DNA from: Clostridia bacterium
Lineage (GTDB): Bacteria > Bacillota > Clostridia > Christensenellales > UBA1242
Direction of reading: 5' to 3'
DNA: 51,542 nucleotides
Assembly (NCBI GenBank): GCA_017452165.1
Contig: JAFTMY010000090.1
Coordinates: 1-51,542 of the forward strand
Part shown: positions 28,890 through 39,604 of the stretch, in pieces
Layout: each line of letters opens with the position of its first letter
Numbering within the stretch: position 1 is the first letter of the stretch
Program-made: the position numbers and the translations under genes
Notes under the pieces: model-generated
Database searches by the model: none
Told to the model about the DNA's origin: nothing
Seen by the model: only the letters and a program-made list of their open reading frames with translations

Positions 28890-29690
28890 TTATATATCTT
28901 TTAATAATTCTTTTTTCTTATTTTCATAATCTTCTTGTGAAATTAAATTATTATCAAGTAAGTCTTTTATTTTTTTTAATTTTAATTCTATATCCTCGCT
29001 CAACTCTTTTTTATTTAGTTCTAATTTATTCTCATTTACATTTTGTTCATCAATTATAGATTTTATTTTTTTCTTATCAATAATCTTCATTATAGTATTA
29101 GATAACATTACATATAATAGTGCAATTATTAAAATTGTCAATATAAATTTAGAACCCATAAAATCTGGAACGGTTTTAAAACTCAATCCATCATTGCTAA
29201 CTTTTATGGTTATTAATAATAATGTAAAATATAAATCTACTATAAAATTGCTAAGATATGTTATAACTTGAAATGCTATCATTGATTTTTTATAGCGAAT
29301 TATTACACCTGAAATAGTAGAGGCAACTAAAACTTGAATTGTTAAAATAATACTAAATCTAAGTAAATTTAGTTCTAATTTTTTTAAATCTTCATCTTTT
29401 CCAGTTTTTATCATTACCATAATAACAAATACAATCCAAAGTAAAGCACATATTACAATAAAACTTAAAAATATTATAGATAAAATTTTATTTCGTTTTT
29501 CTTCTAAAAGTTTAACCCAAGGCAATGAAAAAATACAAGAAATACATAGAACAGCAATAATTGCAAGAATACCACCAAATATATAATTTAAATTAATAAG
29601 TGAAGTTATTGAAGAAACTAAAAGTGCAACTACAATAAAAACACCTGTAATAGATATTGTGGATAAAATTTTATATAATTTATTATTCAT
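28890..29690 (-). CDS. multi-TM membrane protein with a C-terminal SHOCT domain
   Basis: C-terminus LKLKKIKDLLDNNLISQEDYENKKKELL fits the SHOCT pattern. I prefer the ATG at 29690, 9 nt after AAGGAG, over the TTG at 29696. Confidence 0.7.
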   Translation of the reverse strand: MNNKLYKILSTISITGVFIVVALLVSSITSLINLNYIFGGILAIIAVLCISCIFSLPWVKLLEEKRNKILSIIFLSFIVICALLWIVFVIMVMIKTGKDEDLKKLELNLLRFSIILTIQVLVASTISGVIIRYKKSMIAFQVITYLSNFIVDLYFTLLLITIKVSNDGLSFKTVPDFMGSKFILTILIIALLYVMLSNTIMKIIDKKKIKSIIDEQNVNENKLELNKKELSEDIELKLKKIKDLLDNNLISQEDYENKKKELLKDI

Positions 29691-29757
29691 AATCAATTTC
29701 TCCTTTACCCCCTAATAATCCCCCTTATACAATTAAATATTAACATATAAATAAATT

Positions 29758-30735
29758 TTAAGTCAATAAATTAAAAATAATATATTTTGCAATTAAGACA
29801 GCGTTATAAGAAGCACCTCTTAAAAGATTATCTGCAATCACAAAAAATGTAGTTTCGCATTCACTGAATTTTCTAAGTCTACAAATATAAGTTTTATTTT
29901 TTCCATAAACATCAGTCGGAAGAACTATATCTCTTTGTAGACTTAAATATTCCTTGTCAAAAAAACCATTAATTTGACTAAAATCTACATTTTTAGAAAA
30001 CTTTGCATAAACGCTTTCACTATGACAATGTGATATTGGAACTCTAACGGTGCTTGCACAAACAGATATTTTTTCATCTAAAATTTTGCATAGTTCAAAC
30101 ATTATTTTATTTTCTTCTTTGCAAAAATCATTGTCTTCAATATCTCCAATTTTTAATAATACATTATTTTTTATAGGCTCTTTAATTTTTAAGTTTGTTT
30201 CATTTTCTAAATCAAAAAGAGCCAATCTTCCTGCTCCACTGACCGATTGATAAGTGCTTACTACAATTTTTTCAAGATTTGTATTTTGTGATTTTGCAAA
30301 CTCTAAAAGACACTTAGTTGCAAGTGTAAGTTGAATAGTTGAACAGTTAGGATTAGATATAATTTTTGTATTTTTATTTACTTTTTCAATATTAATTTCT
30401 GGAACAATGAGTGGCACATTTTTTTCCTTTCTAAAAGCGTTACTATTATCTATAACAAACGCACCATTTTCGGAAAATCTTTCTGCCCAATTTTTGCTAA
30501 CATCATCACCTGCTGAAAAAAATACAATGTCATATTTTTCTTTTAAAGAATTTTCATCAAGCAAGACCAAATCATAAACTTCTCCAAAATAATTAATTTT
30601 TTTACCTGCGCTATTTTTTGATACATAAAGTGTAACTTCAGAAAAATCTAAAATACATTCATCTTTTAAGACTTTTACAATATTTTCTCCAACAAGACCA
30701 CTTCCCCCAACTATCGCTATTTTTATTTTTTTCAT
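29758..30735 (-). CDS. asd: aspartate-semialdehyde dehydrogenase
   Basis: IAIVGGSGLVGE, active-site NPNCSTIQL, SVSGAG, HCHSESV. GGAGGG RBS. Confidence 0.9.
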   Translation of the reverse strand: MKKIKIAIVGGSGLVGENIVKVLKDECILDFSEVTLYVSKNSAGKKINYFGEVYDLVLLDENSLKEKYDIVFFSAGDDVSKNWAERFSENGAFVIDNSNAFRKEKNVPLIVPEINIEKVNKNTKIISNPNCSTIQLTLATKCLLEFAKSQNTNLEKIVVSTYQSVSGAGRLALFDLENETNLKIKEPIKNNVLLKIGDIEDNDFCKEENKIMFELCKILDEKISVCASTVRVPISHCHSESVYAKFSKNVDFSQINGFFDKEYLSLQRDIVLPTDVYGKNKTYICRLRKFSECETTFFVIADNLLRGASYNAVLIAKYIIFNLLT

Positions 30736-30823
30736 AAACCCTCCTCTCTATTTTATTCAAAACAACCACTGAAATTAACTAACAAAAATGTAGCAAAATA
30801 TTATGTTTTTCATAATTTATATT

Positions 30824-31798
30824 ATGAGAGTTTTAAAATTTGGTGGTAAAAGTTTAGAAACAATAGAAAAATGCACAAACATTTGTAAATTCATTAAAAG
30901 CATTTATAAAAATGAAAAACAACTAATTATTGTTGTCAGTGCAATGGGAAATACAACTGATAAACTTTTGAATTTAGCAATGGATTTTGGCTATGATAAA
31001 ATAAAAAATAAACTAACTTTAAGTGCAAGAAGAGAACTTTCAAACTTACTTTCTATTGGCGAAATGCAGTCAGCATCGCTAATCTCAACAATGCTTCTCT
31101 CAATGGGAGTTCCTGCAAAAAGTATTAATGCTAGGGATATTGAAATTAGAACATTTGGAGATTACCTAAACGGAAAAATATCATATATTAACAAAACGAA
31201 AATTAATGAATTTTTATCAAATGAAATAGTTGCTGTTGTAACAGGATTTCAGGGAATAAATAATAATAATGAAATCACAACACTTGGTCGTGGTGGTTCA
31301 GATACAACTGCTGTTGCACTCGCTAGTATTTATGACACTAAGGCTGAAATATACTCAGACTATAACGGGGTTTTTTCAGGTGACCCCAAAAATGATAAAT
31401 ACAAAAAATTTAATAATATTAACTATGACTCAATTAATTCAATGGCAAATTCAGGAGCAAAAGTATTAGAATCAAGAGCAATAGAAATTGCAAAAAAATT
31501 TGACACTGAAATAATTTCAAAAAGTTCATCTTCTCCAAATAAAAATGGAACTATTATTTCTAACATTGAAGATGATATTATTTCAATTAATCTAACAGAT
31601 AATTTAAGCAAAATCACCGTTATATTTTCAAATAATGAAAAATTTGAAACTGTTTTTAAAACTGTAATAAAATGTCTAAAAAATTATAAAATCTACAATA
31701 TAAATTATAATTGCAGTAAAATAGAAATTTTAATTAATTCAAACGACAAACAAATAATATTAAGAACTTTATCAAAAAAATTAAAATTATTAAAATAA
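30824..31798 (+). CDS. aspartate kinase (short form, apparently a single ACT-like C-terminal domain)
   Basis: VLKFGGKSL, VVSAMGNTTDKLL, TTLGRGGSDTTAVALA, YSDYNGVFSGDP, GAKVLESRAIEIA. I prefer the ATG at 30824 (MRVLKFGG). Only about 85 aa follow the kinase domain. Confidence 0.85.
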   Translation: MRVLKFGGKSLETIEKCTNICKFIKSIYKNEKQLIIVVSAMGNTTDKLLNLAMDFGYDKIKNKLTLSARRELSNLLSIGEMQSASLISTMLLSMGVPAKSINARDIEIRTFGDYLNGKISYINKTKINEFLSNEIVAVVTGFQGINNNNEITTLGRGGSDTTAVALASIYDTKAEIYSDYNGVFSGDPKNDKYKKFNNINYDSINSMANSGAKVLESRAIEIAKKFDTEIISKSSSSPNKNGTIISNIEDDIISINLTDNLSKITVIFSNNEKFETVFKTVIKCLKNYKIYNINYNCSKIEILINSNDKQIILRTLSKKLKLLK

Positions 31799-31909
31799 TA
31801 TCTGTTATTTATTTTACAGCAATTATTAAAAAAATTTAAAAATAAAAACATATTAGAAATTATCAATCTAATATGTTTTTTATTTTAATCAAATTTACAA
31901 ATTTTAAAA

Positions 31910-32803
31910 TTAGCATTCAATTTGACTAATTATATCTTTTAATTTAGATGCACTATTTTTAAGTGCAACTTCTTCACTTTCACTTAATTTAATTTCAACT
32001 TTTTCTTTCCCATTTGCACCAACTCTGCAAGGAAGTCCTAAACATACATCTTCAATTCCAAACTCACCACTGAGCATAACTGATACTGGTAAAACTTCGT
32101 TAGTATCTAAAACAATACAATCAACAAGTTTGCTAACTGCTGCTGCTATTCCATAGAATGTTGCACCCTTTCCTGAAATAATGCTTGCACCTGAATTTTT
32201 TACAAATTCTTCGACTTCTTGTTTTTCATTTTCGCTAAGTTTTACATTACTTAATGACCAAGGAAATACACAAGAATCTCCATGTTCTCCAAGCATTATT
32301 GAATTAACATCTTTAATTGGTGTTCCTGTAATTTCAGAAAGTCTAACTTTTAATCTCATTGTATCAAGAAGCGTTCCTGTTCCAATAATACGATTTTCAG
32401 GAACAGTTGTAAACTTATGGAAACAATATGTCAAAATATCAACAGGATTTGAAACTAAAACAAAAATTGCATTAGGACTTAGTTTTTCCACTTGCTTAGT
32501 AATACTTTTTAAAATATTTACATTTGTTTGAGTAAGTTCGAGTCTAGATTGACCAACTTTTCTACTAATACCTGAAGTAATAATAACAATGTCAGAGTCT
32601 TTTGAATCTTCATAAGAACCTGACTTTATAGAAGTTTCAGATAAGAAAATTGATGATTGTTTTATATCTAAAGTTTCAGCATCTGCTCTAGCCTTGTCAA
32701 TATCAATTAAAACAATTTCATTTACATTACCTTTAGCCATAAGAGTGTAAGCAATTGTTGAACCAACTCTTCCCGCACCAATAATCGTTACTTTTTTATT
32801 CAT
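31910..32803 (-). CDS. L-lactate/malate dehydrogenase family enzyme (LDH-type scaffold with Arg at the Q102 specificity position)
   Basis: KVTIIGAGRVGST, ITSGISRKVGQSRLEL, GTGTLLDTMRL, LGEHGDS. AGGGGA RBS. Confidence 0.85.
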   Translation of the reverse strand: MNKKVTIIGAGRVGSTIAYTLMAKGNVNEIVLIDIDKARADAETLDIKQSSIFLSETSIKSGSYEDSKDSDIVIITSGISRKVGQSRLELTQTNVNILKSITKQVEKLSPNAIFVLVSNPVDILTYCFHKFTTVPENRIIGTGTLLDTMRLKVRLSEITGTPIKDVNSIMLGEHGDSCVFPWSLSNVKLSENEKQEVEEFVKNSGASIISGKGATFYGIAAAVSKLVDCIVLDTNEVLPVSVMLSGEFGIEDVCLGLPCRVGANGKEKVEIKLSESEEVALKNSASKLKDIISQIEC

Positions 32804-32841
32804 AATTTATCCCCTATTGTTTATTTTTTATTATGCTTAAA

Positions 32842-33876
32842 TTAAATTTCTCTGTATTCTTGAGAGTAGTCTACTCCAAAATAATCTGGGAGTTCTACAA
32901 CTGTTTCGTTTGTGTCTTTTTCAAATGCAATAGTTTTTGTATAAGTGCTTGCAGTTAAAACTTTTTCCATAGATACTAAATTATTATCTTCATAAATAAG
33001 GTTATAAACTAAACTTTCTGTTTCAGATATTGTTAATATAATTTCATATTTTACAACTTCTTTATTTGAATCACTTGTGCTTGTTTCTTTTATAATTTCA
33101 ACATCATTATTATTTATATATGTTATATAAGATTGTTGAAATTTTGTAATAAATGAGCCATCAAAATAATAATTAAATTCTGATGGAGAAATTGCTTCGA
33201 GAAGTTTATTATAAACTGCAAATGTTTGATACTGAGATTTTATACTTGGGTCCATTGTATGGAAATCACCTAAATAAAACATAAGTTTATTTTCTTCATC
33301 AACAACAACTCCAGTGTAATATCCATTACTTAAATTTATCTCTTGCATCAAATAAGAAAGAGGCTTATTTTCACTGCTAAGTAATGAGTAAACTTTTACA
33401 ACTTGATTTTCACCTTGAGTGGAATATACGATATTTACATATTGCTCATAATTTTCAATTCTAGCATCCTTATTTTCAACTTTAATTTTTGAAACATACT
33501 TTTCAGGTAATTTTGAATTTAAGTTTTTAGAATCTTCAATAAATTCATCTACTGTTAATGTGGTTGGCTTTTGAGTTTCATTGCCGTCATCTTCTCCGCC
33601 TTGGTTTTCTCCGCCTTGGTTCTCCCCGCCTTGGTTCTCTCCACCTTGGTTCTCCCCGCCTTGATTTTCTCCACCTTGGTTCTCCCCGCCTTGGTTTTCT
33701 CCACCTTGGTTTTCATTTCCACCACTTTCATTACCAGTATTTCCACCCTGATTTTGTGATGGTGGATTTACTGGTGGATTATTATTTGAATTTTTATTTT
33801 TTCCACAAGCAGTAAAGCAAAACATTATAGGAATTATTAATAAAAAAACTAAAAATTTTTTAAATTTATTAAACAT
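32842..33876 (-). CDS. lipoprotein with a (GGENQ)n low-complexity linker
   Basis: Signal peptide plus lipobox-like FTAC-G. GGNENQ(GGENQ)x8GGED repeat. I prefer the ATG at 33876, 5 nt after GGAGT. Confidence 0.75.
   Translation of the reverse strand: MFNKFKKFLVFLLIIPIMFCFTACGKNKNSNNNPPVNPPSQNQGGNTGNESGGNENQGGENQGGENQGGENQGGENQGGENQGGENQGGENQGGEDDGNETQKPTTLTVDEFIEDSKNLNSKLPEKYVSKIKVENKDARIENYEQYVNIVYSTQGENQVVKVYSLLSSENKPLSYLMQEINLSNGYYTGVVVDEENKLMFYLGDFHTMDPSIKSQYQTFAVYNKLLEAISPSEFNYYFDGSFITKFQQSYITYINNNDVEIIKETSTSDSNKEVVKYEIILTISETESLVYNLIYEDNNLVSMEKVLTASTYTKTIAFEKDTNETVVELPDYFGVDYSQEYREI
33592..33726 (-). repeat. 15-bp tandem repeat (8-9 copies) encoding GGENQ
   Basis: Units (t/c)tc(t/c)cc(g/a)ccttg(g/a)tt read consecutively from 33592. 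The last unit is degenerate. Confidence 0.9.
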
Positions 33877-34062
33877 AATCACTCCAAAATCTTTATCTTA
33901 TTTTGTGCATAATACATAGTATTTCACACTAACTTAATATAAATATTATAGTTTGTTTTGTAAAAAATTGTCAACAAAATAAATCAATATAATAATTTAT
34001 AAAAGTAACAATTATTTTTATAATAAAATATTATTGGAAAATTCAAAAATATTTTTAAATAC

Positions 34063-34092
34063 TTGACATAACTAATTAGTTTGAACTAAACT
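34063..34092 (+). promoter_or_regulatory. putative sigma-A promoter of eno
   Basis: TTGACA (34063-68), 18-nt spacer, TAAACT (34087-92), about 30 nt before the start codon. Confidence 0.4.
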
Positions 34093-34100
34093 AATAATAG

Positions 34101-35426
<1,326 letters not shown>

Positions 35427-35451
35427 TTTAAACTTTTTAATTTAAACAAAC

Positions 35452-35488
35452 AAAAAATATCGTAGAATTTTCTACGATATTTTTTTGT
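35452..35488. terminator. bidirectional terminator
   Basis: atatcgtaga-attt-tctacgatat hairpin with flanking A and T runs. Confidence 0.7.
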
Positions 35489-35522
35489 TTTATAAAATAA
35501 TTTATAAATTTTTAACTACATA

Positions 35523-37913
35523 TTAAAGTGGACTCCAAGCATTTCCATCAACAGTATTACCAGTAAACACAATTGTTGCATTTGCATCTGAATCACTTAC
35601 TTTAAAAAGTTCTCCATTTTCATCACCTGTTGAATTTAAAATTGTATTATTTTCATAAGTGATTGAATCTGTAGCATCTAAACCAGAAAGTCTAAAGATT
35701 CTATCTGAGTTACAATTTTTGATTGTGTTACCTAAAACAAGAACTTCTCCACCACTTGTGTTAAGAACATTATGTCCTAAGTTATCAAATGTGCTATTTT
35801 TAATAGTAAGTTCTACATCTCCATACACATATAAACCTTGGAATACATTAGTAACTGTGCAACCTTCTACAACGATATTTTTAAGTGTATTGTCGCCATT
35901 TCCAATTTGCATAAGTTTGTTATATGTAGTATTTGCAGTGTTATCTGTTCCTGTCATTGTGCAGTTAAGAACATATAATCCATCTAAGTTAAGAAGTGGA
36001 TTACTTGTAGCATTTGAATCTGCTGCAATGTAAATACCCGCTGTAAAATTGAATCCTTTGATTGTTAAGTTTGTAACATCAAAATAACTATAATATGCAT
36101 TTTGACCAGCAGATACTACTTTGTCTGTTACATAGTTATAAGCATCATTATAAACGTGACCTACATTAAGTTTAATACCATCAACATTTACTGTTCCATT
36201 GCCCTTTGTTATAAGAGTAACATCTTTTAATGTTCTTTTATAATTTGGGTGTGCATTTGAATTTAATACTTCTGTTGTATTAGCATTTTGACGGAAGTAT
36301 AATCTATCATAATTTCCTGCAGCAAAGTAAATTACATCACCATCTGTTGCATTGTCAAGAGCGGCTTGTGCAGTTTCAGTAGAATTAACTACTGTATGAA
36401 CTACAGGATTTAAAGATGGATCCCAAGCATTTCCATCAACAGTGTTACCACTAAATACGATTGTTGCTTGTTCTGTTGAACTATTTTTATAAAGTTCACC
36501 TTCATCATCACCAGTTGAATTTAAAACTGTGTTATTTTCAAATGTGATTGTATCTGTTGTTTCTAAACCAGAAAGTCTGAAGATTCTATCTGAGTTACAA
36601 TTTTTAATTGTGTTACCTGAAACAAGAATGTTTCCACCATCTGCGTTAAGCACATTATGTCCTAAATTGTCAAATGTGCTATTTTTAACAGTAAGTTCTA
36701 CATCTCCATACACATATAATCCTTGAAAAGCATTTGTAACTGTGCAGTTATCAACAACTACATTTTTAAGCATATTGTCGCCATTTCCAATTCTAACAAG
36801 TCTATTGCCCTCTACATTTGCTGTATTATCAGTGCCAACCATTGTGCAGTTTTCAATTGTTAAACCATCTAAATTTAACATTGGGTTATTTGAACCATTA
36901 TTATCTGCTCCAATATTAATACCCTTTGAGAAATTAAGACCTTTAATAGTTAAATTTGTAATATCAAAATAACTATAATATGCATTTTGACCAGCAGATA
37001 CTACTTTGTCTGTTACATAGTTATAAGCATTATTATGAATATGACCAACACTAAGAACAATGCCATCAATTAAAACACCTTCTCCTTCAGCCATAATAGT
37101 AACATTTTTCAATGTTCTCTTATAGTCTGGGTGACCTGTTTCATCAAGAATTTCTGTTGTACTAGCATTTTGACGAAGATATAATGTTCCATAACTGCCT
37201 GGTGTAAACACTAATGTATCACCATTTTTTGCATTATCAAGAGCAGTTTGCGCATCTTTTGTTGTAGTAATTGGAAGATCTGCTTCATCACTAAGTTGTG
37301 TAGCTACAAGTTTAATTCCAAGGTCAATTGAAAGACCATCTGCTACATTATAATCATTATCATTTGCACTTTGATTCCAAACAATATTGGTAGTAAATTC
37401 ATAAGTTTCACCTGCATTAAGTGTTCCTGAATATACAAAATTCTTAAGAGTTGTTGTTCCTTCAAAAGAATCAACTTCGCCATTTGAATCTTGTACAGAA
37501 ATCACTAATACATCAGCAAGTGTTTTTCCTGCATGTGTTTCAGTTGCATTCGTAAAGAGAATATTCATTTTATATTTAAGTGGTAAATTTCCCTTATTTT
37601 CAATCTTAAAACCTTCAGTTGACTTAACATTTGGTTGCCAGTTTGTTGCCTGATGTGAATCTGTTCCATGAACCCAAACAAGTTCATCATAGAGTGCTGT
37701 ATCACTTTCAACAATTTCGTATGCAGTAGCATCTGTTGAGTAATCAGTTGTATGATGAAGTTCAACATCTAAGTTACCTGAAACAATTTGGTTGACATTA
37801 TTAGTTACACTGTCAGTAAACCAAGCAAATGTTGTTCCAACAAGCATTGAAAGACACATAACAAGTGACAAACAACTTGCAATTAATGCTTTCTTTAAAC
37901 TTTTTGTTTTCAT
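35523..37913 (-). CDS. secreted protein with a SipW/TasA-type signal peptide, a TasA-like N-terminal domain and two copies of a beta-helix-like module
   Basis: N-terminus KKALIASCLSLVMCLSMLVGTTFAWFTDS (SipW-dependent signal motif). Residues ~219-499 and ~513-796 are paralogous, with repetitive N/G/T-rich strands such as NCTVTN, NSTFDN and GNTIKNC. AGGAGG RBS. Confidence 0.8.
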   Translation of the reverse strand: MKTKSLKKALIASCLSLVMCLSMLVGTTFAWFTDSVTNNVNQIVSGNLDVELHHTTDYSTDATAYEIVESDTALYDELVWVHGTDSHQATNWQPNVKSTEGFKIENKGNLPLKYKMNILFTNATETHAGKTLADVLVISVQDSNGEVDSFEGTTTLKNFVYSGTLNAGETYEFTTNIVWNQSANDNDYNVADGLSIDLGIKLVATQLSDEADLPITTTKDAQTALDNAKNGDTLVFTPGSYGTLYLRQNASTTEILDETGHPDYKRTLKNVTIMAEGEGVLIDGIVLSVGHIHNNAYNYVTDKVVSAGQNAYYSYFDITNLTIKGLNFSKGINIGADNNGSNNPMLNLDGLTIENCTMVGTDNTANVEGNRLVRIGNGDNMLKNVVVDNCTVTNAFQGLYVYGDVELTVKNSTFDNLGHNVLNADGGNILVSGNTIKNCNSDRIFRLSGLETTDTITFENNTVLNSTGDDEGELYKNSSTEQATIVFSGNTVDGNAWDPSLNPVVHTVVNSTETAQAALDNATDGDVIYFAAGNYDRLYFRQNANTTEVLNSNAHPNYKRTLKDVTLITKGNGTVNVDGIKLNVGHVYNDAYNYVTDKVVSAGQNAYYSYFDVTNLTIKGFNFTAGIYIAADSNATSNPLLNLDGLYVLNCTMTGTDNTANTTYNKLMQIGNGDNTLKNIVVEGCTVTNVFQGLYVYGDVELTIKNSTFDNLGHNVLNTSGGEVLVLGNTIKNCNSDRIFRLSGLDATDSITYENNTILNSTGDENGELFKVSDSDANATIVFTGNTVDGNAWSPL
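35526..37259 (-). repeat. intragenic tandem duplication, period about 885 bp
   Basis: 36078-36145 and 36963-37030 are identical over 68 bp. The protein modules align end to end. Confidence 0.85.
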
Positions 37914-38073
37914 CTATTTTCCTCCTTGTATTATTTTATTTGTAATTATGAATTATATACAAATATATAAATATTTATTTATATATAATTTCACAATATC
38001 ATTATATTCTTATGTTTTATACCTGTCAAACAATATAAATTAACATAAAAATTATTGAAATATATTATTAAAG

Positions 38074-38102
38074 TTGCTTAAATTTTTTTTATGATTTAAT
38101 AT
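38074..38102 (+). promoter_or_regulatory. putative promoter of the CPBP gene
   Basis: TTGCTT, 17-nt spacer, TAATAT. Confidence 0.45.
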
Positions 38103-38121
38103 TATACTAAGGAGAAAAGTT

Positions 38122-38808
38122 ATGAAAAATATTCTATCAAAAGAGTATAAAAATTCCCTAATAATCTCACTAACTATTATCGCCTGCGTAGTTATGGGGA
38201 TTGTTGATGCAGTAATTCAACCAGGATATATAATAAAGTCATTAATTAAAGTTGTTATGTTTTTACTTTTACCATTTATATATACAATTTTTGATAAGGA
38301 AAATAGTTTTAAATCTCTTTTTAAACCAAATAAAAAAGGTTTTCTATTCGCTCTTTTTATAGGATTTGGTGTTTTTTCAATTATACTTATTGCTTACTTT
38401 TTATTTAAAAATGTTTTTGATTTCTCAGGACTAACTAAAAATTTAACTTCACAAACTGGTGTGAATAAAGATAATTTTATTTTTGTTGCAATTTATATAT
38501 CTTTTATAAACTCCTTGCTTGAAGAATTCTTTTTTAGAGGCTTTGCATTTTTAACACTTAAAAAATTATCAAATAGAAAATTTGCATACTTTTTTAGTAG
38601 TTTAATGTTTTCCCTATATCATATTGCTATGATGATTGGTTGGTTTGCTGTTCCAGTTATTATACTTGCTGTTATTGGACTTTTTGTTGGTGGCATAATA
38701 TTTAACTACTTTAATGAAAAATTTAATAACATTTATCTTTCATGGCTTGTTCATATGTTTGCAAATTTTGCAATAAATACTATCGGCATAATTTTATTTA
38801 ATATGTAA
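38122..38808 (+). CDS. CPBP (CAAX/Abi) family intramembrane glutamic endopeptidase
   Basis: EEFFFRGF, FSLYHIAMM and HMFANF motifs in a multi-TM protein. Confidence 0.85.
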   Translation: MKNILSKEYKNSLIISLTIIACVVMGIVDAVIQPGYIIKSLIKVVMFLLLPFIYTIFDKENSFKSLFKPNKKGFLFALFIGFGVFSIILIAYFLFKNVFDFSGLTKNLTSQTGVNKDNFIFVAIYISFINSLLEEFFFRGFAFLTLKKLSNRKFAYFFSSLMFSLYHIAMMIGWFAVPVIILAVIGLFVGGIIFNYFNEKFNNIYLSWLVHMFANFAINTIGIILFNM

Positions 38809-38822
38809 TAAAAATTTATTTT

Positions 38823-38857
38823 AGGAAGGAACTATCCTTCCTTTTTTCTTTTTTTAA
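38823..38857 (+). terminator. terminator after the CPBP gene
   Basis: aggaagga-acta-tccttcct hairpin plus T-runs. Confidence 0.7.
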
Positions 38858-38975
38858 AATTTATAAATTTTATTTTTAGTATCCGTTTTTTCGGACAATA
38901 TATATGATAATATTAAATTACAAACAAAGAAGACAACACTTCTTTTAAATTTAATTTAACTTAGGAGATACTATT

Positions 38976-39467
38976 ATGAATAGATTTAATACAAATTATT
39001 TTTTAAACTTTTTAAATGAACACATCAAAAATATTAAGGTTGATGCAGAAAGAATTGCCAGTGCAAAAATTGTAAATTTTAATACAATAAAAACTATTTT
39101 TCGTATGTCTGAAATTGAAACTTTATCCTTTTTAAAAAAATTAAGTGACTCAAAAGTTATAGATTGGAATATCATTTCAAATAACATTATTATTGATATT
39201 AAAGACAGAGAATCTTTTGTAAACTATGTTTGCGCAAAGAAAAAATACGAAACACAAATTATGTATCTTAAACTTTGTGGAAAAATTAATGCACAAAAAC
39301 TTGCTGAAGTTTTTCAAATTTCTAATCTTGACGCACAAATCTTATATAGCAAAATTTTATCAAATTCAGGCTATGTTCAAATAAATTCAAATGATTATTT
39401 CTCTACTCAAAACATTGAATACATTATCCCAAAGGTATCTAATTTTGCAAAAAGTCTTAGTGCATAA
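38976..39467 (+). CDS. hypothetical protein (163 aa), possibly winged-helix-like
   Basis: TAGGAGA RBS. No motif recognised. Lies directly upstream of the WYL regulator. Confidence 0.55.
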   Translation: MNRFNTNYFLNFLNEHIKNIKVDAERIASAKIVNFNTIKTIFRMSEIETLSFLKKLSDSKVIDWNIISNNIIIDIKDRESFVNYVCAKKKYETQIMYLKLCGKINAQKLAEVFQISNLDAQILYSKILSNSGYVQINSNDYFSTQNIEYIIPKVSNFAKSLSA

Positions 39468-39484
39468 TTACTTCGCATTTTCCC

Positions 39485-39512
39485 AAGGGCAGATTTTCCC
39501 CTTTCTGCCCTT
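39485..39512 (+). terminator. GC-rich hairpin (possible terminator or attenuator) between the 163-aa gene and the WYL gene
   Basis: aagggcaga-(10 nt)-tctgccctt. The T-run begins about 10 nt downstream, so terminator function is uncertain. Confidence 0.35.
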
Positions 39513-39604
39513 TACCCCATATTTTTTTCTTAAAACAAATAAAATGTATTTTAGTTTTATTTGTTTTTTTATTTTATTTTGATATACTTGTGCTAGGAGT
39601 TATT

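Noticed and set aside
30736-30823. Lysine riboswitch or T-box upstream of aspartate kinase
   Set aside because: The asd/aspartate-kinase intergenic region is under 90 bp and AT-rich. It is too short and unstructured for an L-box or T-box leader.
33555-33815. Three alternate-frame or antisense ORFs over the GGENQ repeat
   Set aside because: They exist only because the 15-bp repeat keeps every frame open. The lipoprotein frame has the signal peptide, the lipobox and the RBS.
35659-36972. Antisense ORFs 35659..36033, 36529..36726 and 36742..36972
   Set aside because: They lie opposite the 796-aa gene, and their similarity to each other only reflects the intragenic duplication. None has an RBS.
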